This document shows, piece by piece, positions 42,668 through 57,700 of a stretch of DNA of 64,000 nucleotides (its first letter is position 1; every line of letters begins with the position of its first letter). The position numbers were made by a program, and so were the translations under genes. The stretch comes from Bugula neritina. Its lineage: Eukaryota; Animalia; Bryozoa. The stretch spans positions 12,926,633 through 12,990,632 of the forward strand of contig OZ037769.1 of NCBI GenBank assembly GCA_964035545.1, read 5' to 3'. The notes beneath the pieces are model-generated. The model ran no database searches. It had not been told where the DNA came from and saw nothing but the letters and a program-made list of their open reading frames with translations.

Positions 42668-43449
42668 TAATCTGGCATAATTTTAACCTACAATTTAAGT
42701 GACTGTTATATTGTATTTTCATGTGTATTGATTAATTACAAAGGTACTGTTGAATAGATTAACAAAAACACTGTGCAACTACTGTATGGTGTACATAAAT
42801 CTATATGAGTAGTTTTTCTGCAATGCTGCATACACAGCAGTTTTTAAGCAACATATTGTAAGCTTCATAAGTTTGTAAAAAAATTTCTATATGAATTCTT
42901 GCTTTTAAAATTTCATGTTCAATTTATACTATGAAATATGTAACTGTGCAATTTATATGTGAGTGTACAATGTGTACAGTGTACTTTAAGTTATAGGTTT
43001 TAATTTGCTGTTTAGTAAATGATATTTAAGATGTGCAATGATGTCTTTCCGCTCACTAGAACCCTTTTATATGTACATATAATATATTTGTATGATAATT
43101 TAGTCTTTTGGTGACTTTTTCACTACTAATTTACCCCCCTCCACACTCATATTATTCAGCTCAATCTTCTCAACAGAGTATCAGAGAGCTCAGCTTATAC
43201 AGAGTACATCAAAGTGTTTTAAATGTTGAAGTTTAAAACTTTATTGTACATATAATTTAAAATGATGCAAAATATATACAATTTCATAAAAAAATAGATG
43301 TAATATCATTCTTACACAACACTAGCTCTCTTTTTTGAAAGACATAAATAGGAAGACAGCATTTGTAAAAATCTAGTTTTTGTGTATGTATACAAATTGA
43401 AAGTTTCTTTCGTGAGCATTGTATTGTGTTGTCATAAGCGGTGAATGTG

Positions 43450-45708
43450 TTATGTTTCCATGGCAACTGTATCAACAACAGGTTTTATGGCCCGTTCAAT
43501 CTTTTCTCTCTCTTTATAAAGAATATCCAGTGCCACCTCCAACTGTTCACACTTCTCCTGCAAGCCGTTCGTCAAACGAATCAGGTTTGGTTTGATTTCT
43601 AATTCTAAACTCAAGTCTTCCTCAACCAATTTCTTTTCATACTTAGCAACTTTCAACTTTCCTGACATTTCATCGTGCAACTTTTGCTTCTTCTTTAAAT
43701 CAGCCATAAGTTTGGTTGTGAACTTGTCGTTTCCACCAGCAGTTTTCACCAAATCCCGAATATCTGTAATCTGGTGGTAGGTTTGTAGAACTCTCTCGTG
43801 TAGTTTATTTAATTTCTGTTCGAGAGATTTGGCCCTATCAGCAATAAGGACTGAACGGTCTTCTCGCTCCAGCAAGTCTTGCAGTTCTCCAGACTCACTG
43901 TCTAATTCCTTCTCAATCTTGCCTATTTCTCCGTTGACATTCATTAGACGATCTGAGAGAAGAGTCTTTACTCGTTCCAGTTTCCCTAATCTCTGTTCAC
44001 CACTGGCACTCTCTACAGCTAGCAACTGAAGCCATTGTTCAGCTAACAGTCCCGCTTTATTCATTTTCTTTAAAATGTCAGGCACAAGTCGGACAAAACT
44101 ATTGTTTGCCTGACAATTTCTCTCCAAGGACTGAGCACTGGTTAATGAAAAGAAAATTGGATCCACCTCCCCTTCATCCTCCAGCAAATACTCTAGCCTC
44201 TCATGCAGATATTTCAGTCGGGAAATAACGTTATCTTTATTTGTCTCGCTATATAGCTCCTTGATCTCTTCAATGTCTTCTTTCAGTTCCATAATGCTAC
44301 TTTCAACTAGTGCACCAAAAATTGATTTGTGCTTTTCCTGCAGTGGCTCGTAAATAGCTTTATCAAACTGTAGTTTAAGGCTTTTGAGATACTGAAGATT
44401 TTCTATGAACCATCTGGAATACATCAGTAGCTTTTCTATCTTGCTGGCATCATCTTCATTATCGTATTCTACACAAAATATTATTACATCCTTGCATTGC
44501 TAACTTGTCGCTTGCTATTTATATAAATGTAAATAAATGATCATAAAAACAGTATAATTAATTCATGCAAGCCATTCACAAAAAAGTTCCTTTTGCTACT
44601 TCTGCGTAACAAAAAATTGACTGCAAAAACATATTTTACCATCTCTGAGAATAATTTAGATATATTAAAACGTTTCATCAAATCAACACAATTGATTTTG
44701 AATGTTGGCTAAATTCTAAGGATTTCACAACGAGTCCATTTCTAAAAGATCATTGAATAGTCTGTCAAGTTGTTTTAATCTTTTAAAAGAAGCATGAGTT
44801 CTAAAGAAAACTTGCAGCATCTAGCTAAAATTTTTATAGCTTGGATCTCGAATGAAAACTTTAAACGAATGTTTAAAAACCTAAGCTATGTTTGGAGTAT
44901 TATTCTCTACACAGAGTCTCACCGCTAGCTCCATTTTCAATGAAGGTTTTCAGTTGGTAAACTGAGTTCACACTTTGATGTGTTGAGGAAGATATCTCTT
45001 TCAAGGCATTTGATAGCTCCTTGACGGAAAATGATTGAGAGCTGAGGCTAACTTTCTTTTGGTATTCAGCTATCTGACTTCTTATAGTGTCATGCCATCT
45101 CTGCTAAACAATCAGTATCTATATATATTGTATATTATACATACTATATACATAATAAAATGATATATAAAATACAAACGACCTAATTGTGAATATAAAA
45201 AGAAGAAATATATACCGTGTGTGCAAGTGTGTGTCTGTGTGTGAGCGAATGAGTGTGTGTGCGTTTATGCACACATGTATATATACATTACGTTGTTTGT
45301 GATTTTATACTATCTAGTTGGAAAATTTAAAAAAAAGTTAGTACACGAAAACTTAAGAAACTCCATTATGTTGCTCCTAAAGTTTATTCATGCTATAACT
45401 ACCAGTGGAGTAGAAATACAAGATTTACCTATAACTAATATAATATGTATTCATATTACAGTATAGCAGAGGTGGGAGAGTTGATAATGATAGATTTGCA
45501 GTACAGGTTGGTACAGGCTGCTATATTTCCTGTGAGCAGTTTTAGTCCTGGTGGTTACTTAGTCTAGTCATCACACAATTAGACTAAGTACCTTTGATCA
45601 ACCTAGCATAGACTTTAGCAGGTGCCCAACACTCTCCCTCTACCACTACTGCCTAAATTAACTAAACTCAGACTATAGTTTTTTACATACCTCAGTGCCA
45701 GCAGCCAT
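43450..45708 (-). CDS. Uncharacterised coiled-coil protein, about 404 aa, 3 coding exons
   Basis: Exons 45708-45691 (accATGg, MAAGTE|gtatgt), 45100 (or 45103, NAGNAG)-44923 and 44468-43450 (includes the 324-aa ORF); the total is 1215 nt in frame. It is E/K/L-rich with a heptad pattern. A minus-strand AATAAA lies near 43240. Confidence 0.8.
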
Positions 45709-47311
45709 GGTAGTTGGTAATGTCTACGGCAGCTAGCAAGAATGCTGCCTGCGCGAGCACCATTGGCGGCAGCTATTTAACTATAAAGGTTGACACTTTG
45801 TGCTCTAGCTACTATATTATTTCTAGCATGTCACCCAGAATATAAAATGCAAAATAAACATGCTGTTGCTTGTAAAACAAACACCGACTATACTTAGCAG
45901 TTGTTAGCTTTGCTTTGTTATTAACAGAAAAGGTTCAATAAGCAATTATTAATAGGCTATTGTTTTGCCGAAGGCAAGTTTTATACAATACATGTATATA
46001 TAACAATTATGCAAATACATTGATCAATTTAGTCAACTAATACTTTTAGCAATAACTTACTTAGATTCAATGTGTAAATAGATACACTATTTTTTATGAT
46101 CATTTAACATAACTTGGAGCAATTGATCGCCCAATGAAGTTTATTGTTACAAAGTATTATCGTTATGAAGTATACTCAATAATTGGTATTCTCTAACTGG
46201 GGCTGTTGATTCGAGCCAACTGGTATTATATGCAAGGCTTGCAGTTTTTAGAGTTACTTGAGCTCTCTGGATTAAATTAAAATGCTTGGATAGAAACAGT
46301 TTTCTTTAATAAAGAGTTATATTCTCTATATACGAGAAAATAACTCCTAAAAGAGTTGTTGTACAATGTGCACAGACATACAGTTGTATTCATGTATTGT
46401 AACTTGCATCTAATTGAGTTACGATTAAACTGGTGTATGCAGCCATGTTTATCTCTGTTTATCTTGATATGGGCATACATTTCCATGTCAGGCAATTTAT
46501 TTTTATATGTGTTGGTATTCTTGCCTGCAATTAAATTAAGAATCAATTAAGTTTGTAGGCCTATATCATATAAGCACATATTATAAGCATAAAATACACA
46601 ATAATATATAATTAAGTCTACAGATATGTAAACTCGCAAAATGCTTATAATATAATGAAGTATGCCTTATTAGCATTACAATCATTACAATATAATAACA
46701 TAGCTATTATAAAATTATCAAATATGATACTGTATATTATCACATAATTTATCATTTATATAGTATAAATCGCCTATATAAGTTGTAGATTTCATTATTT
46801 ACAGCAGTTAGTATTCAGCTATCGGCAAGTATAAAAATACACTACAGACCATAAGTTGTTTACAAACAGTGCATATATCATTATAATATTATGTTGGCAA
46901 TCTAATTCATTAGACACTATATAGTTCTATTATACATAACATCCACTACGTCTAGTCAGCATGCCACTTGAGTATAATTGTTAGATACAAGTCTTTGTAA
47001 TACGCATTTAATAGTTACTTTATATTATAATATACATGAGTAATATAATATATAATGTTTGCTAAATAACATATATGCTAGGTGATATTATCTATATTAT
47101 ATATAGCAATAGCAATGTTCACTAAAGAGTAGTTTTGATTTGACGTATTTGATTGCATATGCATTTTCAATGTTGATTATTTTTACACATTCCAATAATT
47201 TGAGAAGTAAGTTGGAGTATAGTTTTATTACCATTATGTCTTTGTACAACTATCTTATGGCCTCAAAATCTAAACACATAAATGATTATATAATATTCTT
47301 GCTATAAAAAC

Positions 47312-47516
47312 GCATACAAGTTTATAGTCACCATCCCTATGAGAAACCCCTGATGGAAGGGATTTTTTAAGCAGGCTAAGAACTTATTTATATGTGGCAC
47401 AGGAGCAATTATGACTGGATGCTCTTCCTAACATCACCAATGACCTTTACTGGGCTTAAACCCATGACTTCTGTTTACTAAACTAAAGCTCTAACCCCTA
47501 GACCACAGCTGCTTCC
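47312..47516 (-). mobile_element. tRNA-derived SINE copy
   Basis: Same core and tail as the other copies. There are degraded direct repeats (tatt.ttgcta.aaa..gcatac) at 47294 and 47521. Confidence 0.85.
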
Positions 47517-47712
47517 TATATATTTTTGCTAGAAAGCATACTAAATATAGTTATGATAATCATGCATGCGGCACTAACTATTCAAGTCAAAGTTTGCAAT
47601 ACACAGAATTTTTGACCTCACAAGCAACATTTTTAAAACAAGTAATTACAAGTAAATGACGTCTTTGTAGGCACTGTATAGCACATGTAATATATATTAT
47701 GTTACATTGTAA

Positions 47713-47795
47713 AGCTGTGGTCTAATGGTTGAAATGCTGGGCTAGAGATAGCTTTAGGTTCCCAGGCTCACTAAGGCTATATTGATGATATCAGG
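47713..47795 (+). mobile_element. Decayed 5' fragment of the same or a related SINE family
   Basis: gctgtggtctaatggtt..ggttccc..aaggctatattgatgatatcagga resembles the SINE head and the start of its core. Confidence 0.45.
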
Positions 47796-50003
47796 ATAGG
47801 GCCATGATTGGAGGGAGGGGGCAACAATGAGAAAATTGAAACGAGCCTTTGTTTTAGATTAAAAATTTAGCAAATGAAGTTATGTTCTCAACTCACACCC
47901 CAAACCAAAATTTATTAAGAAAAAATATTACTTCAAGCAGAAGCCTTCTAAACCATGTTAACAGCATCGTGAGAGGCTCAGTTCTTAGCTAAGTTAAGCA
48001 CAATTAGGGGTTCTCAAAGGGGTGGAGCGCTCAACAAACACAAATTTTTTTATGCTACGCCTACATGGTCAACCAGGGTTGGATAGATCCTTATCTAGTT
48101 TTCATAACTGTATGATTAGTTTTAATACACATGGCATGCCTTCAGTTTGCTATTGATATCATAAGTCATAAAGTCTGTGTGGATTTCTTCATTTATACAG
48201 GATGCAATATTGTGCGTGCTCCCTGGTAGATTAGTAAATCCACCCCTGATAGTTATTGATTCAGCATTTCCTGGTAGAAACACTGTGGGTTGCGCGTGTT
48301 TACAATTACTCACTCTATTTCATTAACGACGGATTCCACAGATTAACCTTTGACCTTGTACTGTAAACACTGGTTCGTAGCAGACGATTGTATTTAAGTT
48401 AATGACTGGCCGAACAACACAATAAGGAGTAGTAGAAGCGAGTGAAGAAGGAATGTTACGAACACTCGACAGCTGTGCCCATCTCTGTTTGCCCATCATC
48501 TCGCTGTAAAAACTAATTAGTAGCTGTTTTATAAGATCGACATTTTGGATGTTCAACATGTTTGATGATTCACATGTCTATTCTCCCTCCCATCTTCAGA
48601 TTATTTTATTTCTTGTACTATTTAGCTTGGGTAAGTACTCTATGGTTTTAATATATTATTATAATATACAGCTCTACTCTACTTAGGAAAGTAATATATT
48701 ACCATAATATAAAATATTAATATCCTTAGGTAAGTTACAAATCACTATAATACGCAGTACTATTTGACTTGGTTAAGTAATACTTTGTCCTAGTTTGTAG
48801 TGAGCCTACCTAAGAAGTGGTTTTTTCTTAAAGTTGACTTGTCTACTGCCATCTACTACCATTAATTCCTGGATGAGCAGCACAAACTGTGTACCAAGTT
48901 GAAGTTATAAGTTCAGAAACTAAAATATTACAGATCAGTTACCTGCCGTATGCTGTAAACTGTGGTTTTAGTGTTACCAGCATTTTATCTCGCGTACTTT
49001 TGTCTACATACCAAAGTGCATAGTCGACTGAAATAAACTGAACATGCTAAATTGATTGATATGCGAGCATCTAACTAATAAAAATTGTCACTTTGACTTC
49101 AAAGAAGCTGCTAAAATCCCTTACTCACTACTAAATCTGATCATTCTGGTAGCTTGTGACTAATGACTAACACTAACTGAATATCAATCAGTCCGACTGA
49201 AGCCGAGTTCTTTTTGAGCGAATTTGATTATTGCAAGCAGTAGCAAGTTGGTCACATTTCAGCTGAACAATACAAACTGCTTTTCTAGAATGTTCTTATA
49301 CAAATAATAGTACAGTAAGCATATCCACATCCAACAGTCTAATAAATTTATCAGCTGTAATAAAATATAAGTAGGAGTGAATGTGAATGTAGAGATGATA
49401 ATTATGGCTGCTAAGAGATGGTCTTCATTATTCTATACACATCCTGTGATAATTAACAGCAAAGTCTGTAGAGCTTAGCTATGCAGCATACCATAATCTT
49501 ATTGTTATGAATTCCATTACTCTCCAATTACTGCTAATCCTATTTCTAGCACGTAGTTGCAAACTTTCACTAAGGTCAATCGTAAATTGTAGACTTGTTT
49601 TACAGCCCTTTTTATAAGTTGTTTCAATGCATAGTCTACTGGCCATGCATTATCAACATCCACAAATTGAAGTAGGTAACAGCTGGGATTTTAGCTTGAT
49701 GTCAGTTACTTTAAATTAAAGCTGCTGAGATGAGTCTGGCAGCAAAGGTCAATGAAACTATTCCCAGCTGGGAAAATAAAAGAAAGTGTAAACATTGACA
49801 TCATTTTCACTATTTCCTGGTCACCTGCTTGTGGAAGAATTTAAAGAATTTCATTTGTAGGCTATTGGAAGAGTGCCTATCAGTATTATTGTACAGGTGT
49901 TCATTCATCAAACATATTATGCTATTTCCAGTCATTCCATGTTTAACTTGAAAGTTGAAGTAGCCTATAATAAAGAAATAGCTGAGGCTTCATAAATGAG
50001 TCT

Positions 50004-50207
50004 ACCCCCACCTCTCCCCCACCCCTCTCCCCCACCTCTCTCCCCCACCTCTCTCCCCCACCTCTCTCCCCCACCTCTCTCCCCCACCCCCCTCCCCCAC
50101 CTCTCTCCCCCACCTCTCTCCCCCACCTCTCTCCCCCACCTCTCTCCCCCACCTCTTTCCCCCACCTCTCTCCCCCACCTCTCTCCCCACCTCTTTCCCC
50201 CACCCCT
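50004..50207. repeat. 13-bp C-rich minisatellite (cccccacctctct)n, with G-quadruplex potential on the minus strand
   Basis: Directly visible. It explains the GERGGGERWG and PPPLSPT ORFs. Confidence 0.93.
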
Positions 50208-50513
50208 CTGTAGCTGTCAGAACTCTGCCACTTACTAATCAAAATATATATGCTGCCGGGCAAAACATGTAATTTAAACAGCATAGCAACTGTGTTTTTA
50301 GATAACCTATTTGAATATTCTGTTGTAGGAGATATTTTACTTCCTGTGAAAGCAGATACAGTAAGCAGTTCCATTACTTCACAAATATACAGTGATAGTA
50401 CGGAGAGTAGTAATACCAACCCAATCCAGGTAACAGTTTCAGGAAAAAAACCACAGCTAACAACAACAGTCCCATCTTTGGGTTGCCTCTCTAACTTAGG
50501 TGAGTAGACAGAT

Positions 50514-50653
50514 TTGTTCTATAAGCAGCTCCGAGTTGGGGGTTTAGAGTTTGGGGTTTCAATAACTCTTAGCTCCAAAACTCGAGAACCCCAAACTACT
50601 GCACTCAGTCACCCCCCCCCCTCCCCCATGACTCGTAGCTGTTTATAGAACAA
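50514..50653. mobile_element. Small MITE-like element (140 bp)
   Basis: Imperfect 23-bp TIRs ttgttctataagcagctccgagt and actcgtagctgtttatagaacaa (21/23 complementary). Confidence 0.6.
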
Positions 50654-53600
50654 TTTCAAAGCAAGTAGCAAGGAGATTAAGTTGAGAGGTATATGTGCAA
50701 GGCTGTAGACATCAAGTAGTAAAGTTGTCTGGAAAAAACCCGGAATAATACCAGAGAAACTTGCAACATACTTTCTCACAATAAGCAGATTCTAAATATA
50801 TAACAATAGGGAATGATGAGCTTAATGTCCGTTAGACTGCATTTACTGCAGTACACTTGTGGCACATTTTTAGTAATGCTTTTGCAGAATACTATAAGAT
50901 GTGATTTTCTACCCAGCATTAGAAGTTGTTCTGTTTTTCTAAGTTCTTTAGAAGATTCTTCACAAATTGGTAAAAAGCTTGATTGTTATCCCATTCTCAA
51001 ATTAACATAACAAGTCTAGGTGTTCATCCGTCACATTTGTGAAACTATGCAGCCAAGTTTTCAAAAGACTTGCACATTAAAATATATGTTATAAGTAAAT
51101 TAGAATTATATTCAATCAGATATACAATTTATATAATTGCTATGTGGAATTTTCAACAGTTGATTTTGCACGAATTTTATAATATTTTTAATATTTTAAA
51201 TTAAAATATATGCATTAACCATTTGTAAAGCGAAACTGTCTTAGAATAGGTTATTAAATAGTGTAAACATGCATATAGATTCCTAAATTTTACTTTCAAC
51301 TGGTTTTTAATTTTTCAACTTGTCGCTGTTTCGCCAGCAGAAACAGTTTTTTTACGTTCTAAACCATATCTCTGAACAAAATGCCTATAAATCACTTGAA
51401 AAACAATAAATTAAAGGTATTGATAGATTGACTAATTGAAGTTCACCATTTGACTTTTTTGAAGCAATTCTTTTAACATAGAGACTTTTACAGTATTTCA
51501 CCATCTTGAAAGTTAGATGAAGGTTTAACTACTTCAGAGGATGACTATTACTCATTTGTCTCTTTTTTCCTTAAATTGACATTTTTAACCGGCACTTCAG
51601 CCCAAGATAAATGCATTCAATACAACAAATAAAGCAACACTGGTTTACACACATAATATATGCATATTGAACACATATGACCACCTGTTTGTCATTTCAT
51701 AAAGTACATGATGTTATTCAGAACTGAGTATGTGAAATCTTCCGATTAGTGTTAACTTGTTAAATAATGAACTTGACTCAACTTAAATTGAAATTTTCAA
51801 TTGACTTTTGAGGGATTCAAACTCTTGAATGTTTTGCATGATTTAGCTTTTATTAATTATAACAATTGCTTATATATAAATTTGACAAATTATAATAGTT
51901 TTATAACGTTTAAATGAAAGATTTTACGCAGTCTTTTTAGCAAACTATAGTTTAAATGCTGTTAAATATGTTATAGGCCTAAAAGTTAATGTATTTTAAC
52001 AGTAAATAAAGAAGCATTTTTGACTTGATTATTTTATTTATAGATTATTGGTGTTAAAATAGCTAGAAAAACTGCAAAAATATTTTATCAAGCTAAGCTG
52101 CTAATAAATACATACAATTACCCACCAGTTTCTGTTGTACCTACGCAACTGTTTAACTAGACATTGTATTATAGTATTATATTGACTTGTTCAAGTACTT
52201 ATAAGTCAGTTTGAGTTTACTTAAGTCAACCCCAGTCATTGAACAACTTGATTTAACTTTGAATTCCTCTTTTTGATTACAACTTGACTTTTCCAACTAT
52301 TGACTTGACGGATTTAACTTGCTGTAACTTGACCCAATTTAGCTACTCTACCCACTCCTTGGTAGAAAAGCAGGTCTCCTAAAACTAAAAACATAGTCAT
52401 AGAACTAAAACGGTTTGCTTTTGATAGATGGCTGCAACAGAAAAGTTTAACAAAAATGTCCATACAATAATCCGGGTATTATGCAGTACCAGTAGGCTTG
52501 CTTTTGAAGGCAACCATATATTTCTCATACTCTTTTTTATTTGCCAAACATAAAAAGATGAAATTTTTTTGCTTTATTCATGTTGCAGCTATTTGACAGG
52601 TTCACTATTTCAAAGGATTTTTAAATTAATTTATCACTCCTCAGTTTATTGTTAATTATTGCTTCCTTTCTGTTTTATCATCACAAAAAAAGTAATTTCT
52701 ATTGTGGTAGTCATACTGTTATCATTATATGTCAACGTGGGTGGTCTGACAGCTGGATACTGCAGTGACCTTGTTACGAGACATGCTAAGAATAGCTCAT
52801 TGGTGTAACAAGGAACATGTCATCACACATAGGGTGTGGCTAATAGAACATAGAAAACACAATGCAATGAATAATCCCAACAGTTACAATTATATTTTGT
52901 ACTGTTTTGGCTAAATTTTTATGCATGTCAATGATTTTCCATCAAGCAATAAAACTGTCACACAACCCAGACACTGTGTTGCTGTTTATACTGAAGCAGA
53001 TTCCTGGCTGCAGAGTAGTAAACATTGGGTGAACTCCTGTTAGTAGTACAACTATGACTAAAACAAACAAGGGTACCCACAAATATTTAGATATATAAAG
53101 AATGGTGGAAATACAGGTAATGATAGTTATTAGATTATATATTATAACAGAGCAATATGGCACTCATCAATGTGTAATACAATGTATGTGTTTCCATATC
53201 ATATTACATGTTTCCATGCTATGTTACAGTCAGCAACGTTTCAGTTGCCATTTATTCAGTGGCCTAACATTTTTGAAAAGCACTAATAAAATAGTACCTA
53301 AATGTTATTGGCCAAATAAATCTTATTTTATGACTGGCAGTAAAAAGTGGCATTTCACATAATTTAAGTACATAGAGACTCTTTTTAATAGTATTAAGGT
53401 CCAACTAGACTTCTAGACTGTGGTGCATATCGGCTATCGTGCGAACATACACAACACACACACATACACAACACACACATTTTTGTATTTAGTAATACAT
53501 AATGAATAATAATCACAATAATGACTCAGTAATATTGCATAAATCAAACAATTTAGTGTTTTTTCATTTCATAAGCTGTCTATATAATATGGTTTTAGTT

Positions 53601-54735
53601 TCCATACTGCTGAATAATTAGTGAATTAATTTGATCCTAACTGCTCTGTATTTACAATGGGTGATGACATCATAATATTATGTTACTAAGTTGGATATAG
53701 TAGGCAGAGTTTGCATAGCTCAGCTGGTATATTATGTAAAAGCTGTGGGAATAGACGTGTAATGCAGATTTGATATATTTTAGTTAGAGCATAGTATTTT
53801 GATGTATATGTGTCAGCTACGCAGCCAACACCAGATTCTTGCAACAGCTGGAGTTTATAGGAGTCTGTCCAATACTAGACTAACTTTACTTGAACTACTA
53901 GTTTTCCTTTTCATGAGTTACAATTAATACTTGCTTTCTGTGAGCTACAGTTTCAATAGCTTTCCATGCTTTGCATTAACTAGCAGCCATACGCAGCATT
54001 TTTAACTAAAAGTCATTGTGTGATGGTTTTTTATATTAGTAAGGCTTAAAGTCACCCAGAAATTAAATAAACTAATATAGTAAGCTTAATCAGACAGAAA
54101 GCTATAAAAGAGATAGATATATTACAAAAGCCAGCAAATTTTTCGTTCCCAGAGAATTGAATCTAAGTACGAGCATACTTGCAATGTCAATGAATTTAGA
54201 AATGCTTTTGAGCTGGCTCTTTTGACACATAGATGTCATGTGACTTTAAAATAGATAAAAAAAATAATCAGCTAATGTTTTTATTCACATGTGGGTGTAT
54301 GCAGTACACACTGCATACACCATGCCAACAAATGTTTTAGCAGTTACTCATTTTGTATTATGCAAGCTATAAATAGTTTAAATGAGAATATTAAAATAAT
54401 TTCTTTTTCCACATGCAATCCCTCCCAAAAATTAGCTTTGCCTTTTTTAGGCAAAAGTAAATAAAATAAATAAAACTTAGAAAATAGTAGACGGCAGTTT
54501 AAGTATTAAACATCGTAAATATAAAGTGCTGATTAGGGGTTTGCCAGTATCTTAATAACTTTCCGTATTTGTTTTAAATATAAATAGAAAATATTTATAC
54601 CAGCTCTCAAAAGTAAAATTATCACCATCAGATAATTTAAATGAATAATTTGGAGAAGAATTATTTAATCAAATAAAATAATATTTGTATAGCTGACAAT
54701 ATGTACTATTTGCATCAATTATCTTTTCTCTACAG

Positions 54736-57700
54736 AGCAATTTTTGCCTATAAATGTCTACAAGTACATGCACTAAACAGCTGTTACCATAAAATATTTA
54801 AAATTAGGTAAGTCTTGAATTTTCAATTGTGAACAGGTGCAGTTAGTTCAGCACTAACCAGTAAGTCCTAATCAATAACATTGAACTGAAACTATTAACT
54901 GATACAGCTCTACTATTTATTCCTTAACCTGCATGTACAACATTATATGGATTTTGTAGATATAACACCACCTTGCTCTACTCAAAGTTGTCATCTCTCT
55001 ATTCAAGGTATGTTTTCTGTTACAGTGCAGGAATATAAAGTATTTATTATTATTATTATTATTTATTATTATTATTTCATAGCATGACTCCAAACATACA
55101 AAGACATTCACGTGAAAGCTAGTTGTATATATACTCGCAGTAATTTTGAAAACTGTAATCAAGGAATGTTTTGTATAATATATTTTTTCCTTTCAAAGCT
55201 ACTGATCATGTTATTCAAATCCAGCATATAATTTTGTTTTGATGTACGAGTATTTCAGTCAAGTTAGCTCAAGATAGAAATCATACTGGTATTGATTTCT
55301 CTACAAGTCCATTTGGCCAGTCAGAGCTAAGCCTCACATATACTAAATGCCAACAAGATTTGGCTCAGCCTATTTCTTAGATTTTTTATTCCATCAGATA
55401 TATACGTTATATTGCTCTATCTTGTCTAATAAATGGCCATTTAGGTCAAACACACATAATATTGTGTTTTTCTAAGCATGCATTGACAAAAAGCATTTGA
55501 CCAAAGGTAGAAAAAGTTAGTTGAAGTTGAGGGTGTAGATTGGTAACAGCCAAAACGCCGATTTTGAAATGAGTTGGGAAATGTGACGTAACAGCGCCAG
55601 CATTCCTGCTGGTCACGTGACTATACAAATGAATAACTATAGAAATATGACTGTGAGATGTGATCTTTCAGCTCGTAATTTGTATATTTATAGAAGTGCA
55701 AATGTGAATTATCTCAATCTATAGTTTTTTGACATTTTAAATAACATGTATGTGATAACATTTGGCCATATTTTGCTTGTAAACATTAGAAAAAAGCATT
55801 GCAAAAACATGCATTTTTTAGGATGAATGCCTGTGATTGATCTAAACTAGGTCAGATTGTGCAATATTACGGGCACACCAAAGCTGACCTATATAGCGCG
55901 CTGTAACTGCTTGAGCGTTATTGGTTGATGTTGTGCTCAGCAACCTTGAATACTAGCGTTATAGTTAGCACGTGCAGCATTGTTACTGGCGTTCACACGT
56001 CACGTATTAGGCTATTCTTTTTCATGGCTGAAAATTTTACCTCCCTCAAAATTAGAATTTTGAAAAGCTGTTTTCTAGGCACATATCCCTTTGCAAAGTC
56101 ACAATTGTTTGCATACACATTAGATTATAGTTCATAATTATAATGTGATTGTAATAAACTAAGATTGAGCAATCCTTTAACATGCATATGGTCAGTATTA
56201 GTATTTGTTATTAGTGATTTCTGTTCAGTATGTTTTAGTATATTCTAGTATGTTCTAGTTGTTCTAGTGTATTCTAGTATATTCTAGTGTATTCTAGTAT
56301 ATTCTAGTGTATTCTAGTATGTTCTAGTGTATTCTAGTATGTTCTAGTGTATTCTAGTATGTTCTAGTGTATTCTAGTATATTCTAGTATATTCTAGTGT
56401 GTTCTAGTGTGTTCTAGTATATTCTAGTATGTTCTAGTGTATTCTAGTATGTTCCAGTGTGTTATATTATAGGCCTACTGGGTAATAAGTAGTGAGCCAT
56501 ACAACATCATTATAGATTGTTTTTGTGTTTTGTTTATTGATATTTTGTCATTTATGGAACGTGCTGTAATTTATGTTTATTGTTGAGTGACATCTTACAA
56601 TTTAATGTAGCCATGGTATCTTTTTTATTTAGATTATTTTGCGAATGCGAATGAGTCAGAGCCGTGTTTACCTGGCAACCACCAAATAGTAGAAACTGAA
56701 AATTCAACTTATTCCGTATACAACTCACTATCTGACCATTCAACGATTGCCGTGGCAACCAACACATGGCTTTTATTTAGAAACAGCAGAGATGGAAGTT
56801 GTGACGGAGTTATCTTCTCAAATATTTCTCAGTCAATATGCGTGCAGGTAGTACTTAAAACTCTAGAAGTCGTATTTACTAGTTTTGAAGTAAAATACTC
56901 AGAAAGTAAAAGAATAATGCTTTTTTTTCCAATTATACACACACACACACGCCCGCGCACGCGCACACGCACACACATACACACACGCACACACACATAT
57001 ATGAACTGTAAGCGTTTTTGTAATTGAAAAAATGAAACAGTTACACATACTTGTCAAAGTACAACCAAAAAGAGTTTTGCACTACAGGAAAGCATCTGAA
57101 TTTTCTCAATGGCAGCACTTTGACCTAAATTGTTGGCAGCAGTGTAGTATGACCTGTGTAGTGTAATTGTTGACAGCCTATAACAGTAGCGTATCCACTA
57201 TTTACTTATATACAGCCCGGATACTGTGGCAGTCTGTACCCTTGGTACCTTCGATACTCCCAGGCATTGCCCACAGCGTTCGGTACGGAATCTATGGCAG
57301 AACTCTGTACAACAGACGTGACCACCAGGAATACTAGCATCTGCTGCCGAGAACCTATACCTGTCGTCATCAGATCCTGCAACTACTACTTTGTATATAA
57401 ACTTCTAGAGAAGATGCCAGCTGCTACTGAAGGCAGTATATGCACTGCCCCATCAACAGGTGCTCTACAAAACTTGTATTGAAAAAACAGCATATTTTTA
57501 AAATTTTTATAAAGTTAAATATGATAGCAAAAGGAATCAAATAATGTTCTTTAATCAGAATTTACGTTAAAGAAACCTTAAAAAAATGCTCGGCACTTTG
57601 ACAGTATTTTTTGATAGCACTAAAGATTAAATTTATTTGTATTAGGTTTAGTCTAGGCCAGCTAACCATACACAACTATTACAGCTAGTCCTAGCATGAT

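Noticed and set aside
44640-44900. Extra coding exon in the coiled-coil gene
   Set aside because: The acceptors I tried give stops in the required phase 1, whereas direct splicing from 44923 to 44468 is in frame.
49943-50507. Gly/Arg-rich and Pro-rich ORFs
   Set aside because: They derive from the 13-bp C-rich minisatellite and show no exon structure.
52660-52810. Signal-peptide-like open stretch (KKVISIVVVILLSLYVNV...) as the first exon of the D8C-like gene
   Set aside because: It has no in-frame ATG and no convincing phase-2 donor, so I cannot support it.
55612-55621. Second GTCACGTGAC as a promoter element
   Set aside because: It is intronic, within a CpG-containing segment (about 55440-55846) that has weak inverted ends and is probably a repeat. 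There is no evidence for a TSS.
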